Assembly: GCA_965223905.1 (NCBI GenBank)
Contig: CBDCXV010000001.1
Span: forward strand, 1,536,001-1,600,000
Reading direction: 5' to 3'
From: Candidatus Latescibacterota bacterium
GTDB taxonomy: Bacteria; Latescibacterota; UBA2968; UBA8231
Length of the DNA stretch: 64,000 bases
A program made the translations under genes and the position numbers. Numbering within the stretch: position 1 is the first letter of the stretch; every line of letters begins with the position of its first letter. The notes under the pieces are model-generated. The model saw only the letters and a list, made by a program, of their open reading frames with translations, had not been told where the DNA came from and searched no databases. Below are positions 39,697 to 49,151 of the stretch, piece by piece.

Positions 39697-40927
39697 GGGC
39701 GCTTCTGCGCAGTGTCAACCTCAAATGGTCCTCAGTCGCCTCGAACTCCGGGTCGACCCCGTTATGCGCCCGCATCAGCGGGATAATCTTGTTTCGGACC
39801 CCCATACCGCGGGCGTCCGCGTAGTTGTAGTCGCGCAACACTTCGGAGATGAGCAGATTCCGCGGCACCCGCTGGCCCGCCACCATCTTGTCGACCGTCA
39901 TGCCGTTTTGGAGGGCTCCGGGGCTCAGAATCTCCACGCGGTCCTCATATCGGAATACTTCGGCCTCCTGGTAGCGCGTCCAGTCCCGGTGGGCAAGCGC
40001 ATTGACGATACCTTCGCGCAAGGCTTCCAATGGGTAGTGCCAATGCCGTTCCCTGCGGAGGGATTCATCCACTTCGCTGCTTTCTTCGGATACGAACGGC
40101 CGCATGGCGTCCATGAGGCGGTCGATGAGACCCTTTTCAACCAGTTCCCGGCCGCCGGACAATACGCGCCACAGACCGACGAGCGGTCCCTCGATCACCT
40201 GATCGTCCAGGGCATCGTAGGCCTTGTCCCGATCCTTGAAGCATATCCAGCGGACGCCGGCGTGACGCAACAGGCGGCGGGGCCGGTAGCCGAACAGGAT
40301 CAGACCCGCAATCGTGCAGGCGGGCGGCGCGTCTTCCCGCTCGACCATGAAGCCGAGTGCGCAAAGGCGCTCGTGCCACGCAGCATCGGTCTGGGGCGCG
40401 TTCGCATCGCCCGTGAAGGCGGTGAGGTAGTCCGCCAGCCGTTCACGGCTGAGGTCGGCGAGACCGCTGCCGGAGACGGGCAGCAGCTCCGTGTGGATCA
40501 GCCCTCCGGCCGCGAACAGCCGCGCCTGTTGTTCGCGGCTGGCGAGCCGCGAAGTGCTGCCGACTCGCACGTAGATTTCCTCGCGACCCCGATGCCGGAC
40601 GACATACGGTTTGGTAACGCCTTGGCTGACCGTGATGACCGCGACCCGGCGAGCGCCGTCTATCGCGACTTCTTCATAGAACGGCAGCATTACCGGATGG
40701 ACCGCCTGTCCGAACACGGCATCCATTACCCAGTGTTCGAGACCTTCGCGACGGATACCGGTAATGGCGCCATCGTCCTCCACGCCGAGAAGAATGCGGC
40801 CGCCTTGGAAGTTGGCGAGGGCGACGACCTCCCGAGCCAGTTGCTCGGGGCGCAGATCGTCGCGCTTGAACTCGACTCCGGAGTTCTCGCCATTGGCAAT
40901 CAGCTCCATGAGCGTGGCCTTGTTCAT
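39689..40927 (-). CDS. Schlafen/AlbA_2 plus HATPase_c_4 (RecG-C-like) protein
   Basis: GENSGVEFK..ALANFQGGRILLGVEDDG; REGIVNALAHRDW, SPG, RN and GMG motifs. Confidence 0.85.
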   Translation of the reverse strand: MNKATLMELIANGENSGVEFKRDDLRPEQLAREVVALANFQGGRILLGVEDDGAITGIRREGLEHWVMDAVFGQAVHPVMLPFYEEVAIDGARRVAVITVSQGVTKPYVVRHRGREEIYVRVGSTSRLASREQQARLFAAGGLIHTELLPVSGSGLADLSRERLADYLTAFTGDANAPQTDAAWHERLCALGFMVEREDAPPACTIAGLILFGYRPRRLLRHAGVRWICFKDRDKAYDALDDQVIEGPLVGLWRVLSGGRELVEKGLIDRLMDAMRPFVSEESSEVDESLRRERHWHYPLEALREGIVNALAHRDWTRYQEAEVFRYEDRVEILSPGALQNGMTVDKMVAGQRVPRNLLISEVLRDYNYADARGMGVRNKIIPLMRAHNGVDPEFEATEDHLRLTLRRSAHA

Positions 40928-41766
40928 GGGGCCGATCCCCCGGGTGCCGCGTAGATCGTCAGGAGAAGCTCGGCATCGCCGAACAGCCGGTATTCCGGCT
41001 CCCTTCCGGAGATCTCTGCGCTCCGATCGAAGATCGCCGCCACGCCCTCGCCGCGGCGATCCATCAATCTGTCGCTTTGCGTGTCGAGACCGGCGATGCA
41101 CGGGACAGCGCATCGGGTCAGCAGGGCTGCGATCGCTTCGTTGCGGGTCGCCTGGCGGTAAGCGAGCGTTTCGACGGTCAGCGATCCCGCCAGTCCACCC
41201 GGCGAATACAGATCGATGCGATCCGCGAACATCTTAAGCCGGATCTTCGACCCATACGCGGAATAGTCGCGGTGGGCCACGGCATTGACCACCGCCTCGA
41301 AGACCGCGGTCATGTCGTATTGCGGATAGTCCACCCGGCCCATGGTCTTTCGCGCCGCCACCTTCTGGTTCTTGAGGACGAAGTGGCAGGCGTCAGCCAC
41401 CTGCACGTCAAGCGGCCCGAAGAGGTCTCGGGCATCTACCTGGTAGTAGTGGAACTGCATCGATTCCGAGACGCTCTTGCCCCGGTAGGCCACCGCCTGG
41501 ATGAAGGCGTTGCGCACCCAGCGTTCCGGGTGACGGGTGCAAAGCAGGATGCCCGCGACCGTCGGCCTCAGCTCGCCGTCCTCATCGGGTGAGGCGATGG
41601 CCAGCTTCTGCGCGAGGGCTTCCCGGTCATCCCGGGCGCGCGGCGCGCGGAAACGCTCGATCAGGGCCGGGTCGATGTCGTCGAAGGCGGCGTCTGCGAC
41701 GACCTCCTCATCGAAAGGGGCAAGCTGCTGGATCAGCTGCCGGAGTTGGTCGGGTGACTCAGGCAT
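40924..41766 (-). CDS. HATPase_c_4 protein lacking the AlbA_2 domain (likely in-frame deletion)
   Basis: EAVVNAVAHRDY, SPGGL, TRN and RGEGV motifs present; no EFK/GG AlbA segment after the first 14 aa. Confidence 0.7.
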   Translation of the reverse strand: MPESPDQLRQLIQQLAPFDEEVVADAAFDDIDPALIERFRAPRARDDREALAQKLAIASPDEDGELRPTVAGILLCTRHPERWVRNAFIQAVAYRGKSVSESMQFHYYQVDARDLFGPLDVQVADACHFVLKNQKVAARKTMGRVDYPQYDMTAVFEAVVNAVAHRDYSAYGSKIRLKMFADRIDLYSPGGLAGSLTVETLAYRQATRNEAIAALLTRCAVPCIAGLDTQSDRLMDRRGEGVAAIFDRSAEISGREPEYRLFGDAELLLTIYAAPGGSAP

Positions 41767-41800
41767 TCCGTTGGACCGTTCTTACCATGCCGTATCAGGG

Positions 41801-42016
41801 TCAACCAACCCGTGAATATGGATAGAAATCGCGGATGTACATGTTGAGGAATCGCCCCTTGGAGGAAGCCTCCATCATCTGGTCATGAATGTGGCCAGGC
41901 ACACCGTAGTATTGGTATACCCAACCACTCAGAAATTCGACCTCGAGGGTTTGGGTCTGGGGGTCATATCCCATTGATCTCACGGTCGACGACGCAGCAA
42001 CTGGATGCTTGTCCAT
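41801..42016 (-). CDS. KTSC domain protein
   Basis: SSTVRSMGYDP..QTLEVEF..G.VYQYYGVP...SKGRF motif. Confidence 0.88.
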   Translation of the reverse strand: MDKHPVAASSTVRSMGYDPQTQTLEVEFLSGWVYQYYGVPGHIHDQMMEASSKGRFLNMYIRDFYPYSRVG

Positions 42017-42053
42017 GGTCTGCACCATTCGTTTGTCGAATCCAAATAGCATT

Positions 42054-42691
42054 CTACTTCTGCAGCAATCGATTCGTCCATTCCTGATCTATTTTGGCGA
42101 GCCTCTTCTTGTCAATTCCAATTCGTGATCCAAAACGCTTGTACTCCGCGTTTCGGAGGAAACGACATAGCACCCAGGATAGAACTGGAATCGCCGATCT
42201 GTTTAGTCTCTTGCACTCATTTCTCAACCTTTCCCGGTTAATCCTTCCGGTTCGGATTTTTGCTTCTGCGGCGGTCAAGAGGTCCGAGGGCGGCAAATCC
42301 TCTAGTCTTGCGGCCTCGGCCCAAAGAAGATCTATCAAGATGAGACATCTACGCCGAATACCATCGTGGTAAATCAGCCAATTTTGAACCTCTTTCCTGA
42401 TCCTCGTGTGTTGAGGGCAAGAAAATTGTGCATCGGACGGGTATGTTTTGACTGACTCTCTATCTCGTCTCGGCCAAGGACTTGATAGTATTCGTCCTCG
42501 TCGCGCCCAATAAAGACGACGATACCCCAGGCCCCTATGTTATCCCTCCATCTCCGGCGGTACTCCTCTATCAGTGCAAGCTGGCTCTGGCGGCGCTGGG
42601 CTCGGAGTATCCCAATCTGCGCAATTCCCACAATTACCAGGAGAGTTGTCGACAACGCTGTGATTGTGCTGCTATTCATCCCAATTTCCAC
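42054..42691 (-). pseudogene. AT-rich hypothetical membrane-anchored protein split by a frameshift or deletion
   Basis: ORF 42374-42691 has an N-terminal TM helix; the frame of ORF 42054-42338 stays open upstream and overlaps it. Confidence 0.45.
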
Positions 42692-42696
42692 TTCGG

Positions 42697-42724
42697 GCGC
42701 ACGATTCCGGGCTCATTTCGCACG
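42697..42724 (+). repeat. 28-bp direct repeat, copy 1
   Basis: GCGCACGATTCCGGGCTCATTTCGCACG; 27/28 identical to 43043-43070. Confidence 0.9.
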
Positions 42725-42747
42725 TTTCTGCGGAGGAAACCTCGATC

Positions 42748-42969
42748 TCAAACCTGCGGGTCATCTGCCACAAGCTGCCGGGTGCGCTCATCAAGGGCTC
42801 GGATCGCTCCCTGGATCGCATCGACCTCCCGCTCCTCGAAGTAGGGCTCACCGCATTGGCCGCAAACCCAGGCCGGGACGCCATCAAAGGCCAGGTGGTA
42901 GCCGTTCCGGTCAACACGGAACGGGGCCGTCAAGCGGTTCATTGCCGCGCGACAGTGGATGCACTCCAT
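42748..42969 (-). CDS. YgiT-type zinc finger protein (MqsA-like antitoxin domain)
   Basis: MECIHC...VPAWVCGQCGEPYF motif. Confidence 0.88.
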   Translation of the reverse strand: MECIHCRAAMNRLTAPFRVDRNGYHLAFDGVPAWVCGQCGEPYFEEREVDAIQGAIRALDERTRQLVADDPQV

Positions 42970-43042
42970 GAATCAATTGGTCCTCGTCCGCGTGCATTGA
43001 TCTTGCTCGCACCGGAACAGGGAACAAGCAAGCGGTAATTGT

Positions 43043-43070
43043 GCGCACGTTTCCGGGCTCATTTCGCACG
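43043..43070 (+). repeat. 28-bp direct repeat, copy 2 (contains the stop codon of the upstream wHTH frame)
   Basis: GCGCACGTTTCCGGGCTCATTTCGCACG. Confidence 0.9.
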
Positions 43071-44211
43071 ATTTCCGGGCACGTCGAAGGACGCCTCGGG
43101 GAGATAGTGGACGCCCCTGCCCTTTCCCTCCATACGCAGGAGACCGCTCTCGACGAGTCGCCGCAGCTCGCGGGCGGCGGTATAGCGGCTGACCTCGAAG
43201 ATCTTGCGGTAGTCGGCGTTGGTCAGGCTCGGGTGCCGGAGGAAGTGCTCGCGCAGGCGGGCAAGACGCGAGGTGGCGAATTGGGCGGTCCCGGGGATTG
43301 CATCCAGCGGCCCAGCCAACCGGCTCGTTGTAGAGACGGACGGAGAACACGCCGTCCTCCATCTCGACCTCCGGCTCCCGCAGGGAGCTCGCCGCCATCT
43401 CTTCGAAGATCCGCGCGACGCCCTCTCCTTCGCGCATGACCCCGGCATCGGCCAGCACGCGCACGATGAGCGGATTGCGAGTGGCGTGGGCAGGAAGGCG
43501 CTCCCGAAGCCTGGCGAGGGTCACCGGGGGGAGGAGGTCTCCAGGGCTCGACACCTCCATTCCGTCTTCATAGAACCAGGCTTCCACTTCGCGGCCCTGA
43601 TACTCGTAGTCCCGGTGAGCGAAGGCATTGACGATCGCCTCCTGCCACGCGAAGTCGGGATATTCGGGCACCTCTTCGAAATAGAGGCCGTTGAGCTTTT
43701 CGGAGCGGCGAACCTGCTGCCCGGCGAGCCGGTGGGCTTCGGCGATTGCGCTCGCGAGCGGCGGGTCGGCGCGGCCGGTCCGCGTCACGTTTCTTCGCCG
43801 GCCATGCTGGCGGCTCGTCCCGGCGATCCGAAACAGCCGCAGTCCGGCGCGCGGATGCCACCGGAGCGCGGGGGCCCTGGCGAACAGCAGGAGCGCGGCG
43901 TTCGTGACCCGCCACTCCTGCGCGGCCTGCTCGATCAGGCCGTAGTAGCTGAGTGCTTCCGTGACCGGGCGCGCTCCGAATGGGGTCCGGGCCAAGAATT
44001 CCCGGGCAAGCTCCAGGTCGAGGTCGTCCAGGGTCGCGTCCGCGCGGAAGCGTTGCTCGTAACCGACCCGGCGGTAGACTTGCTTGCGTTCGTTGATGAC
44101 TTCCTGCGGCTCTCGCGTCACGTGGTCGCCGCCTCTCGACAGCAGATGTCCGATTGCGTGCAGGTCGTCCTTGCCCTCCACCCACAGAATGGAGGTTTCC
44201 GGCTGAGGCAT
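43059..44211 (-). pseudogene. Chimera: DUF3226/TOPRIM-like N-terminus fused to HATPase_c_4 body, with frameshifted C-terminal wHTH
   Basis: ILWVEGKDDLHAI (about 28 aa), then EAIVNAFAHRDY, SPG, TRNP and EGEG motifs; LTNADYRKIF..TAARELRRLV..G wHTH is in another frame (shift near 43300). Confidence 0.7.
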
Positions 44212-45305
44212 CAGCGAACCTCGATCTCCTGCTCCACGGCGATCCCGATCTGCTCGCCCCGTAGAGGCACGGCATGATCGAGGTCAGCATGCACCTTTTG
44301 CAGGGAGACCTTCTCCGCAAGGCCGGGTCGAGACCTGACCAGTGTTCCGAGTCCGCGAATGCAGTCATGGCTGTGCGTCGTTGCGAATATCTGCACGTTG
44401 CATCTGTCCGCCACCTCAACGAGGAGCCGCCATACATCCTCGATAACAGTCCAGTGCAGGCCGGCGTCGATCTCGTCGATCAGCAGGTATCCGTCCGTCG
44501 CCGAGACCAGGGCCAGCCGCAAAGCCAGCAGGCGGCGCAGGCCATCGCCGTAACTGCCGATCGGCATCCGGCGTCCTCCGCCTCGAAGCCCGACCAGGAT
44601 CCCCCCGGGGCCGGGTCTGCCAGTCAGAAAGTGAATTGAGTCGATTTCCGGCACGAGAAGCCGCATGTCTTTCGCGATTTCATCTTCTAGGCCGTCAGCA
44701 AGAACCTTGTCCCATGCGTCTCCCATACGCTCGGATGCAAAGGACTCCAGCCCGAGAAAGCGAACCGGGGACAAGGAGACGCCATTGCGCCAAGATGATC
44801 TCCGCCAGAAGTCATGCAGGATCGTCCCGTCTTCGGCCATCGGTAGAGCGATGGCCTCCTCCTCTGCGCCGGGCGCAATGCGCAGGCCGAAGGCGGGCTC
44901 GGTTTCTTCGTCCTCATCGAGTTCCCGCCGCCGCTCACGATTCCTTCCGGTCTCCCATAGATCGGCGTCTTCTCCCACTTCATCGAGGGACAGTATCGTC
45001 GTAGACAATTCGCGACCATCGTCGGAAGACAACTCGAAAGAGGCGCCGGGTTCGCAAGTGTGGCCGAAGAACAAGTGGGAGGCGTTCACTTCATGCCGTC
45101 GCCGATAGGAGATCCCTTCGTCATGGCGCTGGGCGACCTCGGAGAAAACAGAAAGGTGGCCGTTGGAAACGAGGAGCTCGACCGCTTCGAGAAGGGACGT
45201 CTTGCCGCAGTTGTTCTTGCCGACGAGAAGGTTCACGGTTGCCAGTTCGGCCAACTCGTAGGATTCGAAGGCGCGGAATCCACGCAGCGCGAGGGATTTC
45301 AGCAT
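44211..45305 (-). CDS. ABC-type ATPase (AAA_15/AAA_21)
   Basis: GKNNCGKT, YGDG signature, LIDEIDAGLH and TTHS motifs. Confidence 0.88.
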   Translation of the reverse strand: MLKSLALRGFRAFESYELAELATVNLLVGKNNCGKTSLLEAVELLVSNGHLSVFSEVAQRHDEGISYRRRHEVNASHLFFGHTCEPGASFELSSDDGRELSTTILSLDEVGEDADLWETGRNRERRRELDEDEETEPAFGLRIAPGAEEEAIALPMAEDGTILHDFWRRSSWRNGVSLSPVRFLGLESFASERMGDAWDKVLADGLEDEIAKDMRLLVPEIDSIHFLTGRPGPGGILVGLRGGGRRMPIGSYGDGLRRLLALRLALVSATDGYLLIDEIDAGLHWTVIEDVWRLLVEVADRCNVQIFATTHSHDCIRGLGTLVRSRPGLAEKVSLQKVHADLDHAVPLRGEQIGIAVEQEIEVR

Positions 45306-45417
45306 CCTGGTGCTACCTCGTTTCGGATCACGCAGGATCCGGGAGAGTCGACCCTCATGTTGAGGACTCCCCAAGGGTACCGGGGGGGCCGCGCCTCGAT
45401 CAAGACGCTGAAGGTCC

Positions 45418-48400
45418 TCAGAGACACGGGTTCGCTTCGTCTCTGGCGCGCTGCTTGTGCGCCATGGTCAGATGCAGGTCGTTGACCCGGTCGCCGGTGA
45501 ACTCGCCGTTGCGCCAGAACCAGGGGAACTCCCCCCTTGGACGCAGCTCCTCGTCGGCGTCCGGGTCCCAGACATCGTCTTCGAGCCAAGGAGGCTTCGA
45601 CCGTTTGCCGCGAGTCAGAGGTTCTTTGCCGCGGTCCTTGCGCCAGTGAAGGTTCGGCTTGGAGCGCAGGATACCCGCACCCCTCTTGCCGCCGGGGAGG
45701 TCCTCCGCAATGAAGGGCCGGATGTTGATACGCACGCCGTCGTTGATGTCCGGCTGCCAGCCGATGGCCTGCTCTTTGAGGGGCTTCCAGCGGACGAAGA
45801 TGTCGAAGGGGGGCTCACCTTCGAGGATGGCGGCAAGACGCTGTTGCAGCTCAAGCGCAGCGAGGAGACGGTCGTCCGCGCCGCCTTCGCCGCGTTTCCT
45901 GCCGTCCTCCTGGCGGGTGATCCAGTCGCCGAGATAGCTGTAGGTCAGAGTTTCGAGAAGCTGGCGGCCCTTGCCTCCGCCCTCTACCAGTTTGTGATAA
46001 TTAACCAGGGCTTGGAAGCCGTCGCGCCGGCCGTCATGGATGTGCCAGACGAAGGGGCGGTGGTGGAACAGCTTGCAGTGGTCGTTGAAGAAACGATTGC
46101 GCAGCCAGTCATCGAGAGTCGCGCTTCCTGCCTCGGCGAGGAGTTTGCTGAGCACGCCGTCGTTCCAGGCGTCGCCGAAGGCGGCTGCCAGCAGTCCGAG
46201 GAGCCGGTCTCCCGCGGGCGGCTCGCCGCGTACGGAAGGGATGCAGACGATGCCGTCCTCGTCGGCGTGGTCAAGCAATTTGTCGCAACGGCGCACCCAT
46301 TCGCGCTGCTCGTCGGCTAGCTCCATGCCGGCATCCTGCTCCGCTGGCCACCGGTAGCCGAGCAGGCGGGTAACCGCGACTTGCAATACAGTGGGGTCGG
46401 TGCGGAGCGGACCATGTGCGGTCCACTTCTTGGTTTCGTCCCAGACAACCGAGCCGCAAGGGTGGCCGTGAAAGATCCATTGGGTGGGATCGTCGGAGTA
46501 GGGGTGGGGAAGGCCGTAAGGAAACCGTTCGGCGGCATTGGTTTGCCAACGGCACGGATCGAATCTCACCTGATTCAGGGTGCCCGGAGTAGTGTTGATT
46601 TTCGCCGTCAGCTTTCGAACTTCCCCGCGAAATTCCTCACTACTACAGAAAGACCAGACCATTGGTAATTGATCTTCAAAATGGCTCTCATTGAAAACAA
46701 GTGGCGCTACCGTGTCACCGAAGATTTCTCCATCGTACAAAGTTGCCGACAAGTTCCCCATTCTCTGAATTGCAACGCCTTTCCTGCCAACTACATATTT
46801 GGGCGGGAAATTGTGGGCTTTAGAATCATGGTGCAAAGTCCCTTTGCCTTGTTCCCAACGGATAAGTCTTGATCTTCCGGTCCAATGTTCGGTAATCTGC
46901 GGGGGAAGTATGAGGGCTTCCCATATAATTTGCCAACGACACGAGATTTCCCAAAAACACACTACGAACCGATTATCATCGCCAGTAACAATACCTTGCC
47001 ATGCTTTGCAACTTTCGGACAGAGATTTACCACACGTTATCTCATCAAAGGATATAATAGAACTTGGATGATCAGCCTGGATTATTTGGCTCGAGCTTTG
47101 TAATGTTCCATCACGCAACGTCGACGCTTTCTCCTCGGCTGTGCAAAACTCTGAAACGTCTAGGCCGTACATCTTGCGGGTTGCCGTAGCCCCGTTGAAC
47201 CGGCCACCCGAACCGTCGAGCGGGCTCCCGCAGCCCAGAGTGAGAAGGATCGCCTTAACGACTTCTCCGCTGATTGTCTCAAAGGCTCCTGGTCCCAGCC
47301 GGGCAAGCAGATGCCAAGTCTCCGTTTCCAGAAGTTTCTCCCGAAGCTTTCGGTAGCTGGCGAGGAACAGCCAGTTCTGCGGCAGTACGAGGCTGACGGT
47401 TCCGCCCTCGGCGCACAGCTCCAGGCAGCGCTCAAGGAACACCGTGGCCAGATCGTTCTTTGCGGCGGGGTATTTCGCCTGGCAGAAGTCGCGCAGCGTC
47501 TTGCCCTGCTTGCCGCGGGCGAGATACGGAACGTTGGTGATCACGAGGTGATAGTTGCCTGCCAGCAACTCCGCGGCGCGCGCCATCCCCTGCGCGGCTA
47601 CGGCCCGTTCCGCCTGCTCGTCGGAGGTCAGCTCCTGTTCGAGGACCGCGGCGAAGAGCGACCGCACCGACTCGTAGTCGTGCTGGAAGAGGTCCCCCTT
47701 CAGCTCGCGCGGGTCGATCAGGGAGCCGCGCTCCGGCGCCTTCCCGAAGAGATCGTGGAGCTCTTCCAGGCTGTTGCGGACCTGCGTCGATAGCAGGTTG
47801 TCATCGACCCCGAAGAGGTTGCGGTCGGCCGGCATCCCGCCGGCCTCCGCGGCCTGCTGCGCCAGCTCGATCCACTGTTCCTTGGTCGCGTTGGGGGCGA
47901 GGCCGGAGCAGGCGAGGCGCATATCCGGCAGGGGACGGTACCCGCCCGCCCCGGGGTACGTCCAGGCGGCGAGAGCGAGGGCGAAGGCCGCCAGCTCGAC
48001 GCAGCGGGGGTCGATCTCGAGTCCGTGCAGGTTATCCCGCAACACCTCGTCGACGGCGTCGCGTACGGAAAGCCCTTCCCGCTCCATGCGCATGGGAACC
48101 ATCATGGAAAGGGCGGCGACCAGGAAGTGTCCCGAGCCGCAGCAGGGGTCGAGAACCTTCAAGTCTCCAAGGTGTTCCGGCCAGCTGTCGAAGGCACCGG
48201 CGGCAGGGCGCCAACTTTCCTGCTCCGCAGTGTCCTCACTTCGCACGAAGCGCAGGAAATCGAGGGGCGCGCCGGGGACCGCCGCCTTCCGGCGCAGAGC
48301 GGCTTCGGTGTCAGCTTCCCGCAGATCGGCTTCGCTCAGGAGGCGTGACGCCCACCACGCTCCGAGGGTGTTGTCGAGCAGGAAGCTCACCATGTAGGGC

Positions 48401-49050
48401 TCAGTGAAGAGTTGCGTCACTGCGGGCAACTCGTCGGCGCCGACCTTGACCTCGGAACGGTTGACCTCGGCTTTCTTCCTCGACTGCCAGAACTGGTAGA
48501 CCCAGCCGAGGGAATCGGTCGCCGCGAACACCTCGGGGGGAAGACCCTCGACAAGCCCTTCCAGCTTCAGCCGGTGTTCCCGCGCCATGCTGACCTCGAA
48601 GGCCGGGTGATCTGGCCGAAATACCTGGGGCAGCATGCCATGGGCGAACCGCGCGGCCATCGTCCACTTGTCGGCGCCCTCCTCCTTGCCCAGCTCCTCG
48701 CACTCTTCCAGCGTGACCGCGACGCCAAGCTCCGGCTCGATGAGCAGTTGGTTCTCGGCGAGGAAGCGGGCGAACAGCATGCCGTGCCAGTGCTCGTACG
48801 CGCATTCGTGCGCCAAGTGCCCGATCTCATGGCTTCCGGAGCGAGGGTCGCGGGAGTCGCCGAGTTGCCGGGCGCGGGCGCGCAGCCGCTTGCGCAGGGC
48901 GCGCTGGGCGGCGCTCATGTGGGCGTACGGTTCCCGGTGGTCAACGGCGAGCGTTTCCAGGGCAACGCGGGCGCCGGTTTCCGCGACGTCTCGTGCATCC
49001 GCGATCGTCCGCTCAAGCTGCTTTCGAAGGTTTGGGGGAAGCGGCTTCAC
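45418..49050 (-). CDS. pglX: BREX PglX-type N6-adenine DNA methyltransferase
   Basis: LGWVYQFW, TQLFTEPYMV, DPCCGSGHF (motif I) and TNVPY (motif IV variant); lies between brxC and pglZ; start GTG 49050 or TTG 49077. Confidence 0.88.
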   Translation of the reverse strand: MKPLPPNLRKQLERTIADARDVAETGARVALETLAVDHREPYAHMSAAQRALRKRLRARARQLGDSRDPRSGSHEIGHLAHECAYEHWHGMLFARFLAENQLLIEPELGVAVTLEECEELGKEEGADKWTMAARFAHGMLPQVFRPDHPAFEVSMAREHRLKLEGLVEGLPPEVFAATDSLGWVYQFWQSRKKAEVNRSEVKVGADELPAVTQLFTEPYMVSFLLDNTLGAWWASRLLSEADLREADTEAALRRKAAVPGAPLDFLRFVRSEDTAEQESWRPAAGAFDSWPEHLGDLKVLDPCCGSGHFLVAALSMMVPMRMEREGLSVRDAVDEVLRDNLHGLEIDPRCVELAAFALALAAWTYPGAGGYRPLPDMRLACSGLAPNATKEQWIELAQQAAEAGGMPADRNLFGVDDNLLSTQVRNSLEELHDLFGKAPERGSLIDPRELKGDLFQHDYESVRSLFAAVLEQELTSDEQAERAVAAQGMARAAELLAGNYHLVITNVPYLARGKQGKTLRDFCQAKYPAAKNDLATVFLERCLELCAEGGTVSLVLPQNWLFLASYRKLREKLLETETWHLLARLGPGAFETISGEVVKAILLTLGCGSPLDGSGGRFNGATATRKMYGLDVSEFCTAEEKASTLRDGTLQSSSQIIQADHPSSIISFDEITCGKSLSESCKAWQGIVTGDDNRFVVCFWEISCRWQIIWEALILPPQITEHWTGRSRLIRWEQGKGTLHHDSKAHNFPPKYVVGRKGVAIQRMGNLSATLYDGEIFGDTVAPLVFNESHFEDQLPMVWSFCSSEEFRGEVRKLTAKINTTPGTLNQVRFDPCRWQTNAAERFPYGLPHPYSDDPTQWIFHGHPCGSVVWDETKKWTAHGPLRTDPTVLQVAVTRLLGYRWPAEQDAGMELADEQREWVRRCDKLLDHADEDGIVCIPSVRGEPPAGDRLLGLLAAAFGDAWNDGVLSKLLAEAGSATLDDWLRNRFFNDHCKLFHHRPFVWHIHDGRRDGFQALVNYHKLVEGGGKGRQLLETLTYSYLGDWITRQEDGRKRGEGGADDRLLAALELQQRLAAILEGEPPFDIFVRWKPLKEQAIGWQPDINDGVRINIRPFIAEDLPGGKRGAGILRSKPNLHWRKDRGKEPLTRGKRSKPPWLEDDVWDPDADEELRPRGEFPWFWRNGEFTGDRVNDLHLTMAHKQRARDEANPCL

Positions 49051-49151
49051 GTGTGCGTCAGCCCTCACGGGGTTCAACTTGGGTCACGCGGTTCATCGCT
49101 TGCTCCACCTGTTGCGCGCTCGCTCATGGTACCCGCCGCCGTTTCCGGCCT

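Noticed and set aside
37330-39786. Long plus-strand ORFs antisense to pglZ and brxC (also 53967-56315) and to other genes (23506-25536)
   Set aside because: Typical stop-poor antisense frames in high-GC DNA with no recognisable motifs.
39689-45305. Cargo array as an integron
   Set aside because: No IntI gene and no repeated attC-like (RYYYAAC...GTTRRRY) sites; genes often overlap directly.
49090-49125. Possible third degenerate brxC end (AQQVEQA) upstream of pglX
   Set aside because: Only about 14 of 21 nt match and the PIVIR-stop part is absent.
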